NCBI RefSeq assembly: GCF_036971445.1 | Contig: NC_091479.1 | Span: 90,210,001 to 90,274,000 of the forward strand | DNA: 64,000 bases | Direction: 5' to 3' | From: Narcine bancroftii | Lineage: Eukaryota | In this document: in pieces, positions 50,416 to 62,197 of the stretch | Layout: every line of letters starts with the position of its first letter | Numbering within the stretch: the stretch's first letter is position 1 | Made by a program: the position numbers and the translations under genes | The notes under the pieces: generated by a model | Seen by the model: only the letters and a program-made list of their open reading frames with translations | The model's database searches: none | What the model was told of the DNA's origin: nothing

Positions 50416-52781
50416 CCTCAAAGCAAAGCTCGACGTTGCAACCCGCCTCACGGACCCGTCCCCTGAAACCCTCTGGGATCAGTTGAAGACTACCATACTG
50501 CAATCCACTGAAGAGGTACTGGGCTTCTCCTCCAGGAAAAACAAGGACTGGTTTGACGAAAACAGCCAGGAAATCCAGGAGCTGCTGGCAAAGAAGCGAG
50601 CTGCCCACCAGGCTCACCTTACAAAGCCGTCCTGTCCAGAGAAGAAACAAGCCTTCCGTCGCGCATGCAGCCATCTTCAGCGCAAACTCCGGGAGATCCA
50701 AAATGAGTGGTGGACTAGCCTCGCCAAACGAACACAGCTCAGCGCGGACATTGGCGACTTCAGGGGTTTCTACGAGGCTCTAAAGGCTGTGTACGGCCCC
50801 TCACCCCAAGTCCAAAGCCCGCTGCGCAGCTCAGACGGCAAAGTCCTCCTCAGCGACAAGATCTCCATCCTCAACCGATGGTCAGAACACTTCCAATCTC
50901 TTTTCAGTGCCAACCGCTCAGTCCAAGATTCCGCCCTGCTCCAGCTCCCTCAACAGCCCCTAAGGCTAGAGCTGGATGAGGTTCCCACCCTGGATGAGAC
51001 ATATAAGGCAATCGAACAACTGAAAAGTGGCAAAGCAGCAGGTATGGATGGAATCCCCCCAGAAGTCTGGAAGGCTGGCGGCAAAACTCTGCATGCCAAA
51101 CTGCATGAGTTTTTCAAGCTTTGTTGGGACCAACGTAAACTGCCTCAGGATCTTCGTGATGCCACCATCATCACCCTGTACAAAAACAAAGGCGAGAAAT
51201 CAGACTGCTCAAACTACAGGGGAATCACGTTGCTCTCCATTGCAGGCAAAATCTTCGCTAGGATTCTACTAAATAGAATAATACCTAGTGTCGCCGAGAA
51301 TATTCTCCCAGAATCACAGTGCGGCTTTCGCGCAAACAGAGGAACCACTGACATGGTCTTTGCCCTCAGACAGCTCCAAGAAAAGTGCAGAGAACAAAAC
51401 AAAGGACTCTACATCACCTTTGTTGACCTCACCAAAGCCTTCGACACCGTGAGCAGGAAAGGGCTTTGGCAAATACTAGAGCGCATCGGATGTCCCCCAA
51501 AGTTCCTCAACATGATTATCCAACTGCACGAAAACCAACAAGGTCGGGTCAGATACAGCAATGAGCTCTCTGAACCCTTCTCCATTAACAATGGTGTGAA
51601 GCAAGGCTGTGTTCTCGCATCAACCCTCTTTTCAATCTTCTTCAGCATGATGCTGAACCAAGCCATGAAAGACCCCAACAATGAAGACGCTGTTTACATC
51701 CGGTACCGCACGGATGGCAGTCTCTTCAATCTGAGGCGCCTGCAAGCTCACACCAAGACACAAGAGATACTTGTCCGTGAACTACTCTTTGCAGACGATG
51801 CCGCTTTAGTTGCCCATTCAGAGCCAGCTCTTCAGCGCTTGACGTCCTGCTTTGCGGAAACTGCCAAAATGTTTGGCCTGGAAGTCAGCCTGAAGAAAAC
51901 TGAGGTCCTCCATCAGCCAGCTCCCCACCATGACTACCAGCCCCCCCACATCTCCATCGGGCACACAAAACTCAAAACGGTCAACCAGTTTACCTATCTC
52001 GGCTGCACCATTTCATCAGATGCAAGGATCGACAATGAGATAGACAACAGACTCGCCAAGGCAAATAGCGCCTTTGGAAGACTACACAAAAGAGTCTGGA
52101 AAAACAACCAACTGAAAAACCTCACAAAGATAAGCGTATACAGAGCCGTTGTCATACCCACACTCCTGTTCGGCTCCGAATCATGGGTCCTCTACCGGCA
52201 CCACCTACGGCTCCTAGAACGCTTCCACCAGCGTTGTCTCCGCTCCATCCTCAACATCCATTGGAGCGCTTATACCCCTAACGTCGAAGTACTCGAGATG
52301 GCAGAGGTCGACAGCATCGAGTCCACGCTTCTGAAGATCCAGCTGCGCTGGATGGGTCACGTCTCCAGAATGGAGGACCATCGCCTTCCCAAGATCGTGT
52401 TATATGGCGAGCTCTCCACTGGCCACCGTGACAGAGGTGCACCAAAGAAAAGGTACAAGGACTGCCTAAAGAAATCTCTTGGTGCCTGCCACATTGACCA
52501 CCGCCAGTGGGCTGATAACGCCTCAAACCGTGCATCTTGGCGCCTCACAGTTTGGCGGGCAGCAACCTCCTTTGAAGAAGACCGCAGAGCCCACCTCACT
52601 GACAAAAGGCAAAGGAGGAAAAACCCAACACCCAACCCCAACCAACCAATTTTCCCTTGCAACCGCTGCAATCGTGTCTGCCTGTCCCGCATCGGACTTG
52701 TCAGCCACAAACGAGCCTGCAGCTGACGTGGACTTTTTACCCCCTCCATAAATCTTCGTCCGCGAAGCCAAGCCAAAGAAG
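50416..52781 (+). mobile_element. RTE-clade LINE copy 5 (2.37 kb), 5'-truncated, inserted into an L1 remnant, 9-bp TSD
   Basis: TSD AATATTAAA at 50407-50415 and 52782-52790. Uninterrupted RT ORF. Confidence 0.96.
50483..52726 (+). CDS. RTE retrotransposon ORF: reverse transcriptase plus C-terminal zinc finger; N-terminal AP endonuclease lost by truncation
   Basis: Motifs KAAGMDGIPPE, NYRGITLLS, QCGFR, FVDLTKAFDTV, GVKQGCVL, LLFADD, FTYLG, QLRWMGHV, CNRCNRVCLSRIGLVSHKRAC. The frame stays open upstream to the insertion junction, so the TTG start is not a true start. Confidence 0.93.
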   Translation: MKTTILQSTEEVLGFSSRKNKDWFDENSQEIQELLAKKRAAHQAHLTKPSCPEKKQAFRRACSHLQRKLREIQNEWWTSLAKRTQLSADIGDFRGFYEALKAVYGPSPQVQSPLRSSDGKVLLSDKISILNRWSEHFQSLFSANRSVQDSALLQLPQQPLRLELDEVPTLDETYKAIEQLKSGKAAGMDGIPPEVWKAGGKTLHAKLHEFFKLCWDQRKLPQDLRDATIITLYKNKGEKSDCSNYRGITLLSIAGKIFARILLNRIIPSVAENILPESQCGFRANRGTTDMVFALRQLQEKCREQNKGLYITFVDLTKAFDTVSRKGLWQILERIGCPPKFLNMIIQLHENQQGRVRYSNELSEPFSINNGVKQGCVLASTLFSIFFSMMLNQAMKDPNNEDAVYIRYRTDGSLFNLRRLQAHTKTQEILVRELLFADDAALVAHSEPALQRLTSCFAETAKMFGLEVSLKKTEVLHQPAPHHDYQPPHISIGHTKLKTVNQFTYLGCTISSDARIDNEIDNRLAKANSAFGRLHKRVWKNNQLKNLTKISVYRAVVIPTLLFGSESWVLYRHHLRLLERFHQRCLRSILNIHWSAYTPNVEVLEMAEVDSIESTLLKIQLRWMGHVSRMEDHRLPKIVLYGELSTGHRDRGAPKKRYKDCLKKSLGACHIDHRQWADNASNRASWRLTVWRAATSFEEDRRAHLTDKRQRRKNPTPNPNQPIFPCNRCNRVCLSRIGLVSHKRACS

Positions 52782-54224
52782 AATATTAAATATATTATTT
52801 TCTGGATTCATTACATAGATAAATTGGGGGACAGCCCAGAATGGGGATCCATGGAGCTGAAAGGTTTTAACAAATTTGCTCTGGCTACACTACTTGATGA
52901 CCCCTTCCGTTTTCTTTGCTTAAGATGAATAAATTAATAGGCAGTTCGGTCATCAAAAAATTCATTATGGATTTGGTTTCAATTCAGGCGCTGTTTTGAA
53001 CTGAAATTTATTTTTCTTTATCTGCTCCGATTATTAATAATTTATTTTTTACTCCAACTTGCCTTCATCATGTTTTTCGTAAATGGAAAGTAAAGGGTAT
53101 CATTTTTTTACTTATTTGCAGGAGGCTGCTTTGAGCATTTGTCACACAAATTTAATCTCCCTAATTTTCATTTTTTAGATTTACTGAGAAACCAAGTTAC
53201 CACTTTTCCATTCTCCCATGAGAGTAATTGTATTGACTTTTTTTTTGGTTAAATCCTTGTCAAAAGGATTTAATAGGATTCATTTATGGATTAATTTCTG
53301 AAATACATTGCATTTCTATGAATAAAATTAAGAGTGTTTGGGAGAGCAACTTACGAACTATTCTTTCTAAGGATATATGGATCAACTGTTTAAAATTGGT
53401 CCATTCCTTTTCCATTTGTGCATGTTATTCACTTATTCAAGATAGTTCATAGAGCACATTTATCCAAAGATAAATTAGCTACAATTTTTCCTACTATCAA
53501 TCCTTTATGTGACAGATGTCGTAATGGGGTGGCTTCCTTATTTCATAAGTTTTGGTCCTGTTCAGCATTAAATCACTATTGAAAGGATATTTTTCATGTA
53601 TTTTCCTGTATTTTCTCAGTTACTATTCAACTTCAACCCATTACAGCCTTATTTGGTGTGGTGATAGAGAGCAGTCGATAATCGGTGTCGTATTTCCATG
53701 TGATAACTTTTCCCACTTTAATGGCTAGAAGGTCTATTTTGCTAAGATGGAAGGACTCTATCCCTCCCAGTTATGCACATTGGACAACCCAAACCTTATC
53801 ATGCTTGAACCTCGAGAAGATTAGATGTAATGTTTTGAAAACTGAAATTAAGGTTGATAAAATGTGGGCCACTTTCAGTGCTTAATGAATAATACAATAG
53901 TGTTCTGTTTTGTATATAACATATGAAACGTTTATACTCTCTTCCTTAATTTACTTCTTTACAGATAAGGCAATTCACCAACGTACTGTTACCCTTTTGG
54001 TGGTTTAAGGCATCCCAGTGGCTTATACTTTTTAGTTTAGGGGTTATAATTTTAGGATAAATTAATTAGTCTTTTTATCCTTTCCTTTTTTTTTTGCAGA
54101 AAGAGATATAATATTGAATTTTGTCTGTTTATTAATCATTAGTTGTGACTGTTCATTTTTATTCAAGGATGCATTGTAATTACTTTGTACCTGTACAGTA
54201 TATTTTTCTTGTTCTTGCACTTTT

Positions 54225-54229
<5 letters not shown>

Positions 54230-54259
<30 letters not shown>
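54230..54259. repeat. (TA)n microsatellite
   Basis: About 15 TA units. Confidence 0.95.
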
Positions 54260-54265
<6 letters not shown>

Positions 54266-54277
54266 TTGATTTAAAAT

Positions 54278-54490
54278 ATTTAGACATATAGCATGGTAAC
54301 AGGGCCTCCCAGCTAATGACCCTGTGCCACCCAATTACATCCAATTGACCTCCAACCCTTGTACGTCTTGGAGGAAACCAGCTATGGAGCACCTGGAGTC
54401 ATGGGAGAATGTACAACCTCCCTCCAGACAGCGCTGGATATGAACCCCGGTTACTGGCACTGTAACACCATCACACTAACCACGCCGCTC
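54278..54490 (-). mobile_element. tRNA-derived SINE
   Basis: TTTAGACATATAGCATGGTAACAGG tail and reverse-complement core and head. Confidence 0.7.
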
Positions 54491-56079
54491 CTTTACGTAA
54501 GCCAAGTCTTCCATATAGTTCCTTTTTTACGGAATTTCTCATAATTCAAAGAAGGAGCTTTAATGTACCAAAAACATACTTTGTGGCTGAAAAGCAGATC
54601 GCCAATGTAAAACCCAGTTGTCGAAACCTTAAAATAGCTTATCACACTATTGATTTGCCTTATTTGCATACACTTCACTTGGTGACCTGGCATAATTTTT
54701 AAAAAAAACTTTGTTTGGGGCACCATTTCAATAGCAAGTGGACATTCTCACCCTTCTCCCTCCCCAATTAAATTAATAATGCCCAACAGAGGAAGATTTT
54801 TTTTAAATAACAAAAGGTTAAAGAATATTTATTTCAAGCGCTGCTTTTCAATTGATACTCTCTCAACATAAATAAGTGCATGATCACCTGAATTTGGGTA
54901 ATGTTCTCCTGATTCAAGATTCTCGGGATCTGGCTAGGCCAGAATGTTATGCGTAGTTTACTTTTGTGAAGATGGGGCTGAGCCAAATACTTCTCCTTGT
55001 GCCCACTGCCATCCTTATTATTAAAGACTGTCCTAGAATCTTGTGGTTGGTACATCTGTGGGACTTGCTCAGCCACTGCCAAGTCAATCATAGGGCCGGG
55101 AGTTTGGCATCTCAACAGACCAGATTTTCATTGCGAGCCAGGATGGGATGTAAGACAATCAATCTGCCAACAGTCGCCACTATTTTCAGTGCCAGTTTAA
55201 TTAATGTACAATTTTAATATGTGTAAAGCAGCATTTGAATTCCCATTTCCAGATTTTCAGTATTTATGGATCAACAGGCTACTCTGCTATTACTGATTTA
55301 AGCTCTTGGTAGATAAAAACAAAATGTTTATGAACTTTATTGCAATGAGGTACCTCATTGAACAATGCAATGATGCCCTAATCATAATTAAGTTCATCAA
55401 TCCAACAACTTTTTTTTGAAAAATATGTCACAATCAGATTTATTATAGTTAAGCTAGTGGAGTTGTTCAAGTGAACCGGTACGGACTTGAGGGGCCGACA
55501 TGGCCTGTTTCCGTGCTGTAAACGGTTATATGGTTAATATCAATAAAAGATGTGTTACCAACTATTTCTATAAAGTGTGACATCAATAAGAATTCAAAGA
55601 ACACCTTTGGTGTAGAATTCTCCTCATATTAAAACAGTCTGGTATAATGCAGGAACTGAACTAAACAACTTACATATTTCCTCTGAATGAAGTCTACGTG
55701 CTCTGTTACTTAAGAAATGTGTATCCAGAGCAGCAGCGGTCAAACCCACAACAGCAGCTTTGTGATCTTCAGAGGAATGTTTCCCGAGCTTTGTTCACCG
55801 TGAAAGGATTCATTAATGCTCCTGCCCCATCAAATGGCAGGCCATTGCCATGAAAGGCACCTATCAGAGCCAAGAGTGCATTCAGTGATTAGAGGGAATT
55901 TGCCAAAGAGCCTTTGTGACCATGAAAAATGTCTACTCCAGAGTGGAATGTGGAAAATTCCTGGGAGCACAGGCTCTCTTTGTTGGCAGCTCAAGCTATT
56001 CTGGAACAAATAAAAGCACAGACAAATTAGATCTCCTCTCCACATAACCCCCCCACCCCCCAATCAACCCCCCCTCCCA

Positions 56080-56080
<1 letters not shown>

Positions 56081-56144
<64 letters not shown>
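56081..56144. repeat. (CA)n microsatellite
   Basis: About 32 CA units. Confidence 0.97.
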
Positions 56145-56148
<4 letters not shown>

Positions 56149-56249
56149 AATACAGGAAGGCTTGAGGGAAGGTCCATCATCTCCTTTCTTCAACCCCCCA
56201 CAAAAAAAAATAAAAATCTCAGTGTGGGTGGATGGTCCAAACTAAAAAG

Positions 56250-56485
56250 GACAGCACGTTTAGCGCAGAGGTTAGCGCGACTCTGTTACAGCGCCAGCGA
56301 CCGATACTTGGGGTCCCGAGCTGTCTGTAATGCAGTTTGTATGTTCTCCCCATGGATGCATGGGTTTCCACTGGGTGCTCCGGTTTCCTTCAAAAACGTA
56401 CCGGGAGTGTAGGTAAATTGGGTGTGATTGGGCGGCATCGGCTTGTGGGCCAAAAAAGCCTGTAAACATGCTGTATGTCTACATT
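56250..56485 (+). mobile_element. tRNA-derived SINE
   Basis: GGTTAGCGCGACTCTGTTACAGCGCCAGCGACC head and conserved core. Confidence 0.75.
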
Positions 56486-56519
56486 TATTTTAATTGGGTT
56501 TTTTTTTCAAAATCCCACA

Positions 56520-57030
56520 AGAAAGGATGTGATGTTGTTGGAGAGGGTGCAGAGGAGATTTACTAGGATGATTTCTGGAATGCGAGGGCTAACGATGAGG
56601 AATCTTTGGCAGCTTTTGGGTTGTATTCGTTGGAGTACAGGAGAATGAGAGGGGATCTCATAGAGACATTTCGAATTTTGTAAGGTTTTGACAGAGTGGA
56701 TGTTGACAAGATGTTTCCCTTGGTGGATGAATCAAGGACAAGGGGTCACAGTCTTAAAATTAGAAGTTATCCATTTAAAACAGAGAGGAGGAAGAACTTC
56801 TAGTCAGAGGGCCGTGGATCTGTGGAACTCACTGCCGCATACAGCGGTGGAGGCCAGATCATTGGGAGAATTTAAACAGGAAATTGATAAGTATCTAATT
56901 AGTAAGGGATTCAAGGGATATGGGGAAAAGGTTGGAAATTGGAACTAGGTGCGAGCATAGTTCAGCTTAGTGTAGACTCATAGAACAGACTTGATGGGCC
57001 TAGCGGCCTGCTTCTGTTCCTTTATCTTGT
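56520..57030 (+). mobile_element. CR1 LINE 3' end
   Basis: LERVQRRFTRMI, GLYSLEYRRMRGDLIETF, SRTRGHSLK and QRAVDLWNSLP. Confidence 0.88.
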
Positions 57031-59214
57031 GAAGTTTATTCTCATGCTCAGAGTATTTACTAAGAAATTCTACCTCTTTGTCAGCCCTCAAGTATACTAG
57101 CTAAACGCAACTGGCTGGAGGAATTCTGTGTCAGTCGAGTAGCATCAGTGGGAGGAAAAAGGATGGTCGACGTTGCAGGCTAAAACCCTTCATGCGTATT
57201 AAGAGGGCAACGTTTGCCACTGCATGCACACTGTCAGCGCAGAATAAACTCAGTGGTAGCATTTACTTCACGAGCGAGGCAAAATGCAGATGCCGTGTAA
57301 ACGGCTACTTGATTGTCAGCATGGACATAATGGGCTGAAGAGCTGCTTCATGCTGCAAGACTACGTTTATCCATGCACACTACCACCTTCCTTCCTCACA
57401 CTTTCAAGCGGCTTAATATTTCTTGGCGCTATTACTCCTAGTATTACAACTTAAACCAGTGGCCAAGTCAAGTTTTACACAGATTCTCTGGGGACAAATA
57501 ACACTGCATTCAGACAGGCTTTAACATATTAGCTGTTTTAATGTATTGGCCTGCACTCTGGCAATTTCCAATGAGGAATTACTAGAAATCTGTTAACTTT
57601 AAATTATGCAAAATAATGTGGTGTGATATCAAAGTTGCTGAGAACACACACACACTACAGAAATAGAAAGATGTTTTATTCTTCTGTTTAGTTGTTCCCT
57701 TGGGTGGTAGGCCGCCTCTCTGGTTTTGTGTATTCTTTGGTGACTGATGAGCCCAACACAGGAAGAGCAGACTCTTTCACAGAGGAGGCAGGAGTGCCCA
57801 ACGGCATAGTAATTCTCGAAAACTCAACACCACTTGATTGGCAACCCCTATAACATCACCCCCACAAACATTCCTTCAGTTCATCACCAATGCACAGCAA
57901 AAATAGGAGAGACAATCTGCAAAATGCATTCCAATTTCTTGCCGGGCAACTTGCAAAAGCCTCGGTCTCTTTCAGCAAGGGCAGCAGGTGTCAGGCAAGA
58001 CCATTGGCTGCAGGTTCCCTCAGCAATTGTCCTGACTTGGAAATAAATTACCAGTCGTTCACTGTGATTGGGTCTCAATCCCTCAACTCCCCTCCCAATA
58101 GCAATGGGGAAAACCACCAGAAGCAACGCAGCAGCCTGTGATCCCTTTGACAGCAATGAAGTATGAGCAGTAGATGCTGAGTTTGTCAATGGTCTATAAT
58201 CACATTTTAAAATATTATTGCTTTAGAATTTTACTCACCCTGAATAACACGTGCAGTGGCATCTCCTTTCCCATAAACTCCCTATCTCTTTATCTGCATT
58301 GGCAGCAAGGGAGACCAACCATCAGGTTGTACAATGTTACACCAGCTATATGAAACACTGACTGTGGCGAGCCAGACTCGGGCAATTAATGACTCCAATG
58401 GTTCCCGACACATTCATGCGGATAAGATAAAGCTGGAAAGGAAATGTTAAGTCTGTGTAAGATAAAGCTGGAAAGGAAATGTTAAGTCTGTGTAAATACA
58501 AAGGAATTGGAAGCAGAAAGGATGGGAAGTGAATTCCAAGGCCAGCAAAACACGTGGATCCAGGGAACAGAATCTATGAACAAACTGCCATTGCTGTTTG
58601 GAATTCCATGTCAGCAAGCAACAGGGTCACAGGAAGGCATCAAAGAAACTCCAAGGAAAAGCAAAGAAAAACCAGGGAATGAGATGCAAATCTGGTTAAC
58701 AGTCCACTGAATCATTCGGCAGATAGCAGCTGATAGATGGATTCGAAAAAAAAGACAACACTAACACAAGAATATTCCAAATTGAAGGAGAGAAGCAAAC
58801 ATACAAGGAGAGGAAGTAGATTAGAAAGACTGACGGAACGCTAAAGTTTTCTTTTTACCTTTTTTTTCTGTTTGTTACTTTAAGTGCTTTTAGTTGCTTA
58901 ATTTTCAGTTTTTGGGGGAGAGAAGGAAATTGTAAGTAAGCTGACATACCTCTGAGAAGTGAGGTAAAAGAAAGTGTAATCTCGCTAAAAAAAGAGTTGT
59001 TTTTTCAGATGTGATACTAAGTTTTTGGAAAAATTGAAAAATAATATTTAAAAAAAAGACAAGCAAACGTACGGTAAATAATGGCCTAGAAATTATAGAA
59101 AGCAACAAAGTTGGGCTTTAAGAAATAACTGCAAATTTTGTTACTTGAAAGGATGGTTTGACAACCATAGGGCCTGAACTGTGGATGAGAGGGAAGGGAT
59201 TGGGGGCAATGGAG

Positions 59215-60165
59215 CCTTGTACCATCTATTCACTGCAGTGATACAGTAGGTGGGGATGAGGAGTGGGTGCAAGAAGGAGCAATGGGAGTCATGAGAACAC
59301 CTTGGCTACGTCAACCACAATGGCAATAGTGTGGATCTCCCAGTGGCCACCCATTTCAATTCCCCAATCCCATTCCCTTGCTGACATGTCTGTCCATGGT
59401 CTCATGCACTGCCAGACTGAGACCACCTGCAAATTGGAGGAAAAACATCTCTTCTTGGGTCTGGGCATCCTTCAACCGGATGGCATTAACATCAGCTCCT
59501 GTTAAAACCCTCCCTCCCCCTCCCCCACCCCACCCCCCATTACCTTTCCCCCAGCTCTCTCTCTCATTTTTTTAGATAGACTTTGTGAGATTTTACCAGG
59601 TTTGAAGAATGTCTGACATCTCGGCATTGGTCGTTCGCAAATCTCCGTTTCTGTACACGAGTTTAGACAGCGTACCGGGAGTGCGCTTTACGCGTCATTG
59701 ATATGTCCTATTCATTAGCCTGTTATTCATGGAATGCCTGCGGTTCACTTTAGACTACAGGCATTCCAGGAAATCGACAAGGGGTCTAAAAGGCAAAACA
59801 TCAGAATGGGAATAGCACCCTCATTCCAGTTCTGAGCTTTATACACACCATGTATTCCAAGAAAATGGGAATAATTTCCTGGAACACAGCAGCTGTGTAA
59901 AAAATATTTCTCTCTTTCATCCCTTTTCCCTCTGTCTCCTTTCACAGAGCCAACATCAATTCTCACCTTTCCTCTTATCATATCCAATTCACACCCTTTT
60001 GGCTTTTGGCCTGCCTTTCTCTCTTCAGTCTTTATTTAGGCACCTTCCTGTTTTCGCTTACACTTTGAAGAAGGGCTCAGGCCCAAAATAACAGTTTATA
60101 TCTTTACCTCCTGTGGACACTGCAAGACTGGCTGTGTTCCTCCAGGATTTCGGTGTGTTTTTACC
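59215..60165 (+). mobile_element. Penelope-like element 3' fragment, interrupted by a ~335-bp insert
   Basis: MSVHGLMHCQTETTCKLEEKHLFLGLGILQPDGINI and pLTR TTGAAGAAGGGCTCAGGCCCAAAA. Confidence 0.8.
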
Positions 60166-60861
60166 CCCAATTTCCTTTCCTGTTTTACTTCAGAAAAATG
60201 GGAGTGAGATTGTGCAATGGAAGGGCAAAGTGTATGACATAATGGGGAGGGGCAGATATTATCGATTGGTAGATCATGGTAAAGGTTGTAAGGTGTATGA
60301 GGCATCTCACTGGTTGTCTCGGTTCAGTACTGAGCAGGGAAGACCAGATCAAATACATCCATTCCTGAGATGATGTGGTCCAAAGCTCCCCAGTAATGGC
60401 CCAAAGGAATTATTTCCTTGTGACTGATGTCAACCCATGCACCAATGAAGCTGAAATCACATCCTGGAGACATTGGCGACTAGCCAAATCTGTGTTGTTA
60501 AATTTCTGGAGCAAAGCAAAATCACCTGGAAATGGTTCACACTGTTTACACACAATCAAAAAGAAAATCTTGTGGCACTCCAACAAAAAAGTTATTCGCC
60601 CTGAAAAGTATGCAAGAATTGTGGTGTCAGATATCACAAGCAAGAAAATTAAACAAAATCTATACTTCAGGTGGGAATAAATAGAAAAGTTAAGCCATTT
60701 CTATTCTCAAAATAAATCATTTTCCCATATCCCATTACTTTCACACAATGAGATTTGTAGGAATGCAGGGAAAGATGAATTCATGACAAGCTTCTCGTTA
60801 AATCTATTCAAGCATCTCCAGAATCCAAAACCCATCTTTCAAGTCATGACATAAACATATT

Positions 60862-61330
60862 GTTAAGTCTGGTATGGGGGAAACACCATTTTGCGGAAAG
60901 CCCCGCAAAATGTAGTGGACACAGCCACCCCACCATCTAGAACAACTACAGGGAACGCTGCCATCGGAAAGCAGCAGCAATCATCAAAGATCCACACCAT
61001 TCAGCACACACCCTGTTCTCGCTGCTGCCATCAGTAAAGAGGTCAAGATGCCACAAGACTCGCACCACCAGGTCCAGGAACAACAGCTACTCCTTCACCA
61101 TCAGACTCCCCAACGACAAACTCCATCAGGGATTTATTTAAGGACTCTCACTTTTGCACTTTATTGACTTTTTTTCCTTTCTCTCTGTATTGCATGGTCA
61201 AATTTGTTTACACATGTACGTTGAGCCAGTTTTTTTTTTGCACTGCCAATAAGTATTAATTCTGCCTTGTCTGCAGGAGAAAGAATCGAAGGGTGATGTC
61301 ATGAATATGACACTAAATCTGAAATTTGAA
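60862..61330 (+). mobile_element. Rex1/Babar-like LINE 3' fragment
   Basis: VWYGGN..VVDTA..KAAAIIKDPHHSAHTLFSLLPS. Confidence 0.78.
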
Positions 61331-61409
61331 TCTGATTAAGTAAATGACAGTTTGACAAAAATGATCCAACATTACAAATAAAAAAAAAAGAATCACCAGA
61401 AACTAGCCG

Positions 61410-61950
61410 GTGGTTCGATGGAAGTGGCATCACAAGTCGGGCTTCCCTTCATTGTTGGTCAGGGCACAGAATACAGGAGCTGGAACATTATTTTAATACT
61501 GCACAAGATGTTGTAGAGGTCACACGATGACGTTAAGAAGGATGTCATTAAGCTGGAAAGAATGCAGGAAAGATTCATGAGGATGTTGTTGGAATTACAG
61601 GGTTTGAGTTTTCAGGAAAGGCTAGAGAGGTTGGGACATTAGGTCTGAAGCACAGGAGGCAGAAGGCGGACATCTATAAAATCATCACGGGCGTAGACAA
61701 TGTTATCAGTCCAAATCTAATTTTCTCCAAGGGACGGTAGTGAGAAAAGAAGATTTAAAGTAGGACCTGAAGGGCACCTTTTTCCACACAGAGGATGATA
61801 ATGTGTGGAATGAGCTACCAGAGGAAGTGATCATTGTAATGTTAAAAAGAAGTTTCGACAAGTACATAGCAAGAAAAGACTTAGATGGATATGTCAAAAT
61901 AACAAGGCCATGAAACTAGCCTAGGAAGATAACAAGGTTAGCATGGACAA
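61410..61950 (+). mobile_element. CR1 LINE 3' fragment
   Basis: KDVIKLERMQERFMRML..DLKGTFFHT..VWNELPEEV. Confidence 0.75.
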
Positions 61951-61961
61951 GTTTAATTTTT

Positions 61962-62197
61962 TATTTAGACACACAGAACGGTAACAGGCCATTCAGCACA
62001 TGAGTCCATGCTGTTCAATTTACCCCCAATTAACCTACCCCCCCAGTACATTTTTGAACAGTGGGAGAAAACCCACGCTGACAAGGGGAGAACATACAAA
62101 CTCCTTACAGACAGCGTGGGATTCGAACCCAATTCCAGTCCCGATTGCTGACGTTGTAAGGGCGTTGTGCTAACCACTACGTCAACCGTGCCACCCA
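61962..62197 (-). mobile_element. tRNA-derived SINE
   Basis: GGGATTCGAACCC B-box on the reverse strand and ACAAACTCCTTACAGACAGC core. Confidence 0.78.

Larger units (their letters stand above)
49990..54270 (+). mobile_element. Degenerate L1-clade LINE (ORF2 3' half and 3'UTR), interrupted by RTE copy 5
   Basis: Decayed motifs KMNVQPKFLYSFQAIPIFIPK (~50200), GGFALPNLRHHYW (~50360) and zinc knuckle CDRCRNGVASLFHKFWSC (~53510). Many stops and frameshifts. Confidence 0.85.

Noticed and set aside
50483-52726. RT as a retron, group II intron, DGR or domesticated host gene
   Set aside because: It has RTE LINE motifs, 5' truncation, a TSD, a simple-repeat tail and multiple dispersed copies, so it is an ordinary non-LTR insertion that lacks its endonuclease.
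52357-52776. Antisense ~139-aa ORF (MAWLRGRRF..) and other overlapping ORFs recurring in each RTE copy
   Set aside because: Recurrence follows from near-identity of the copies. The start is a TTG in the tail, and there is no independent sign of coding function.
58422-58495. 35-bp perfect tandem duplication
   Set aside because: Simple two-unit slippage duplication with no further structure.
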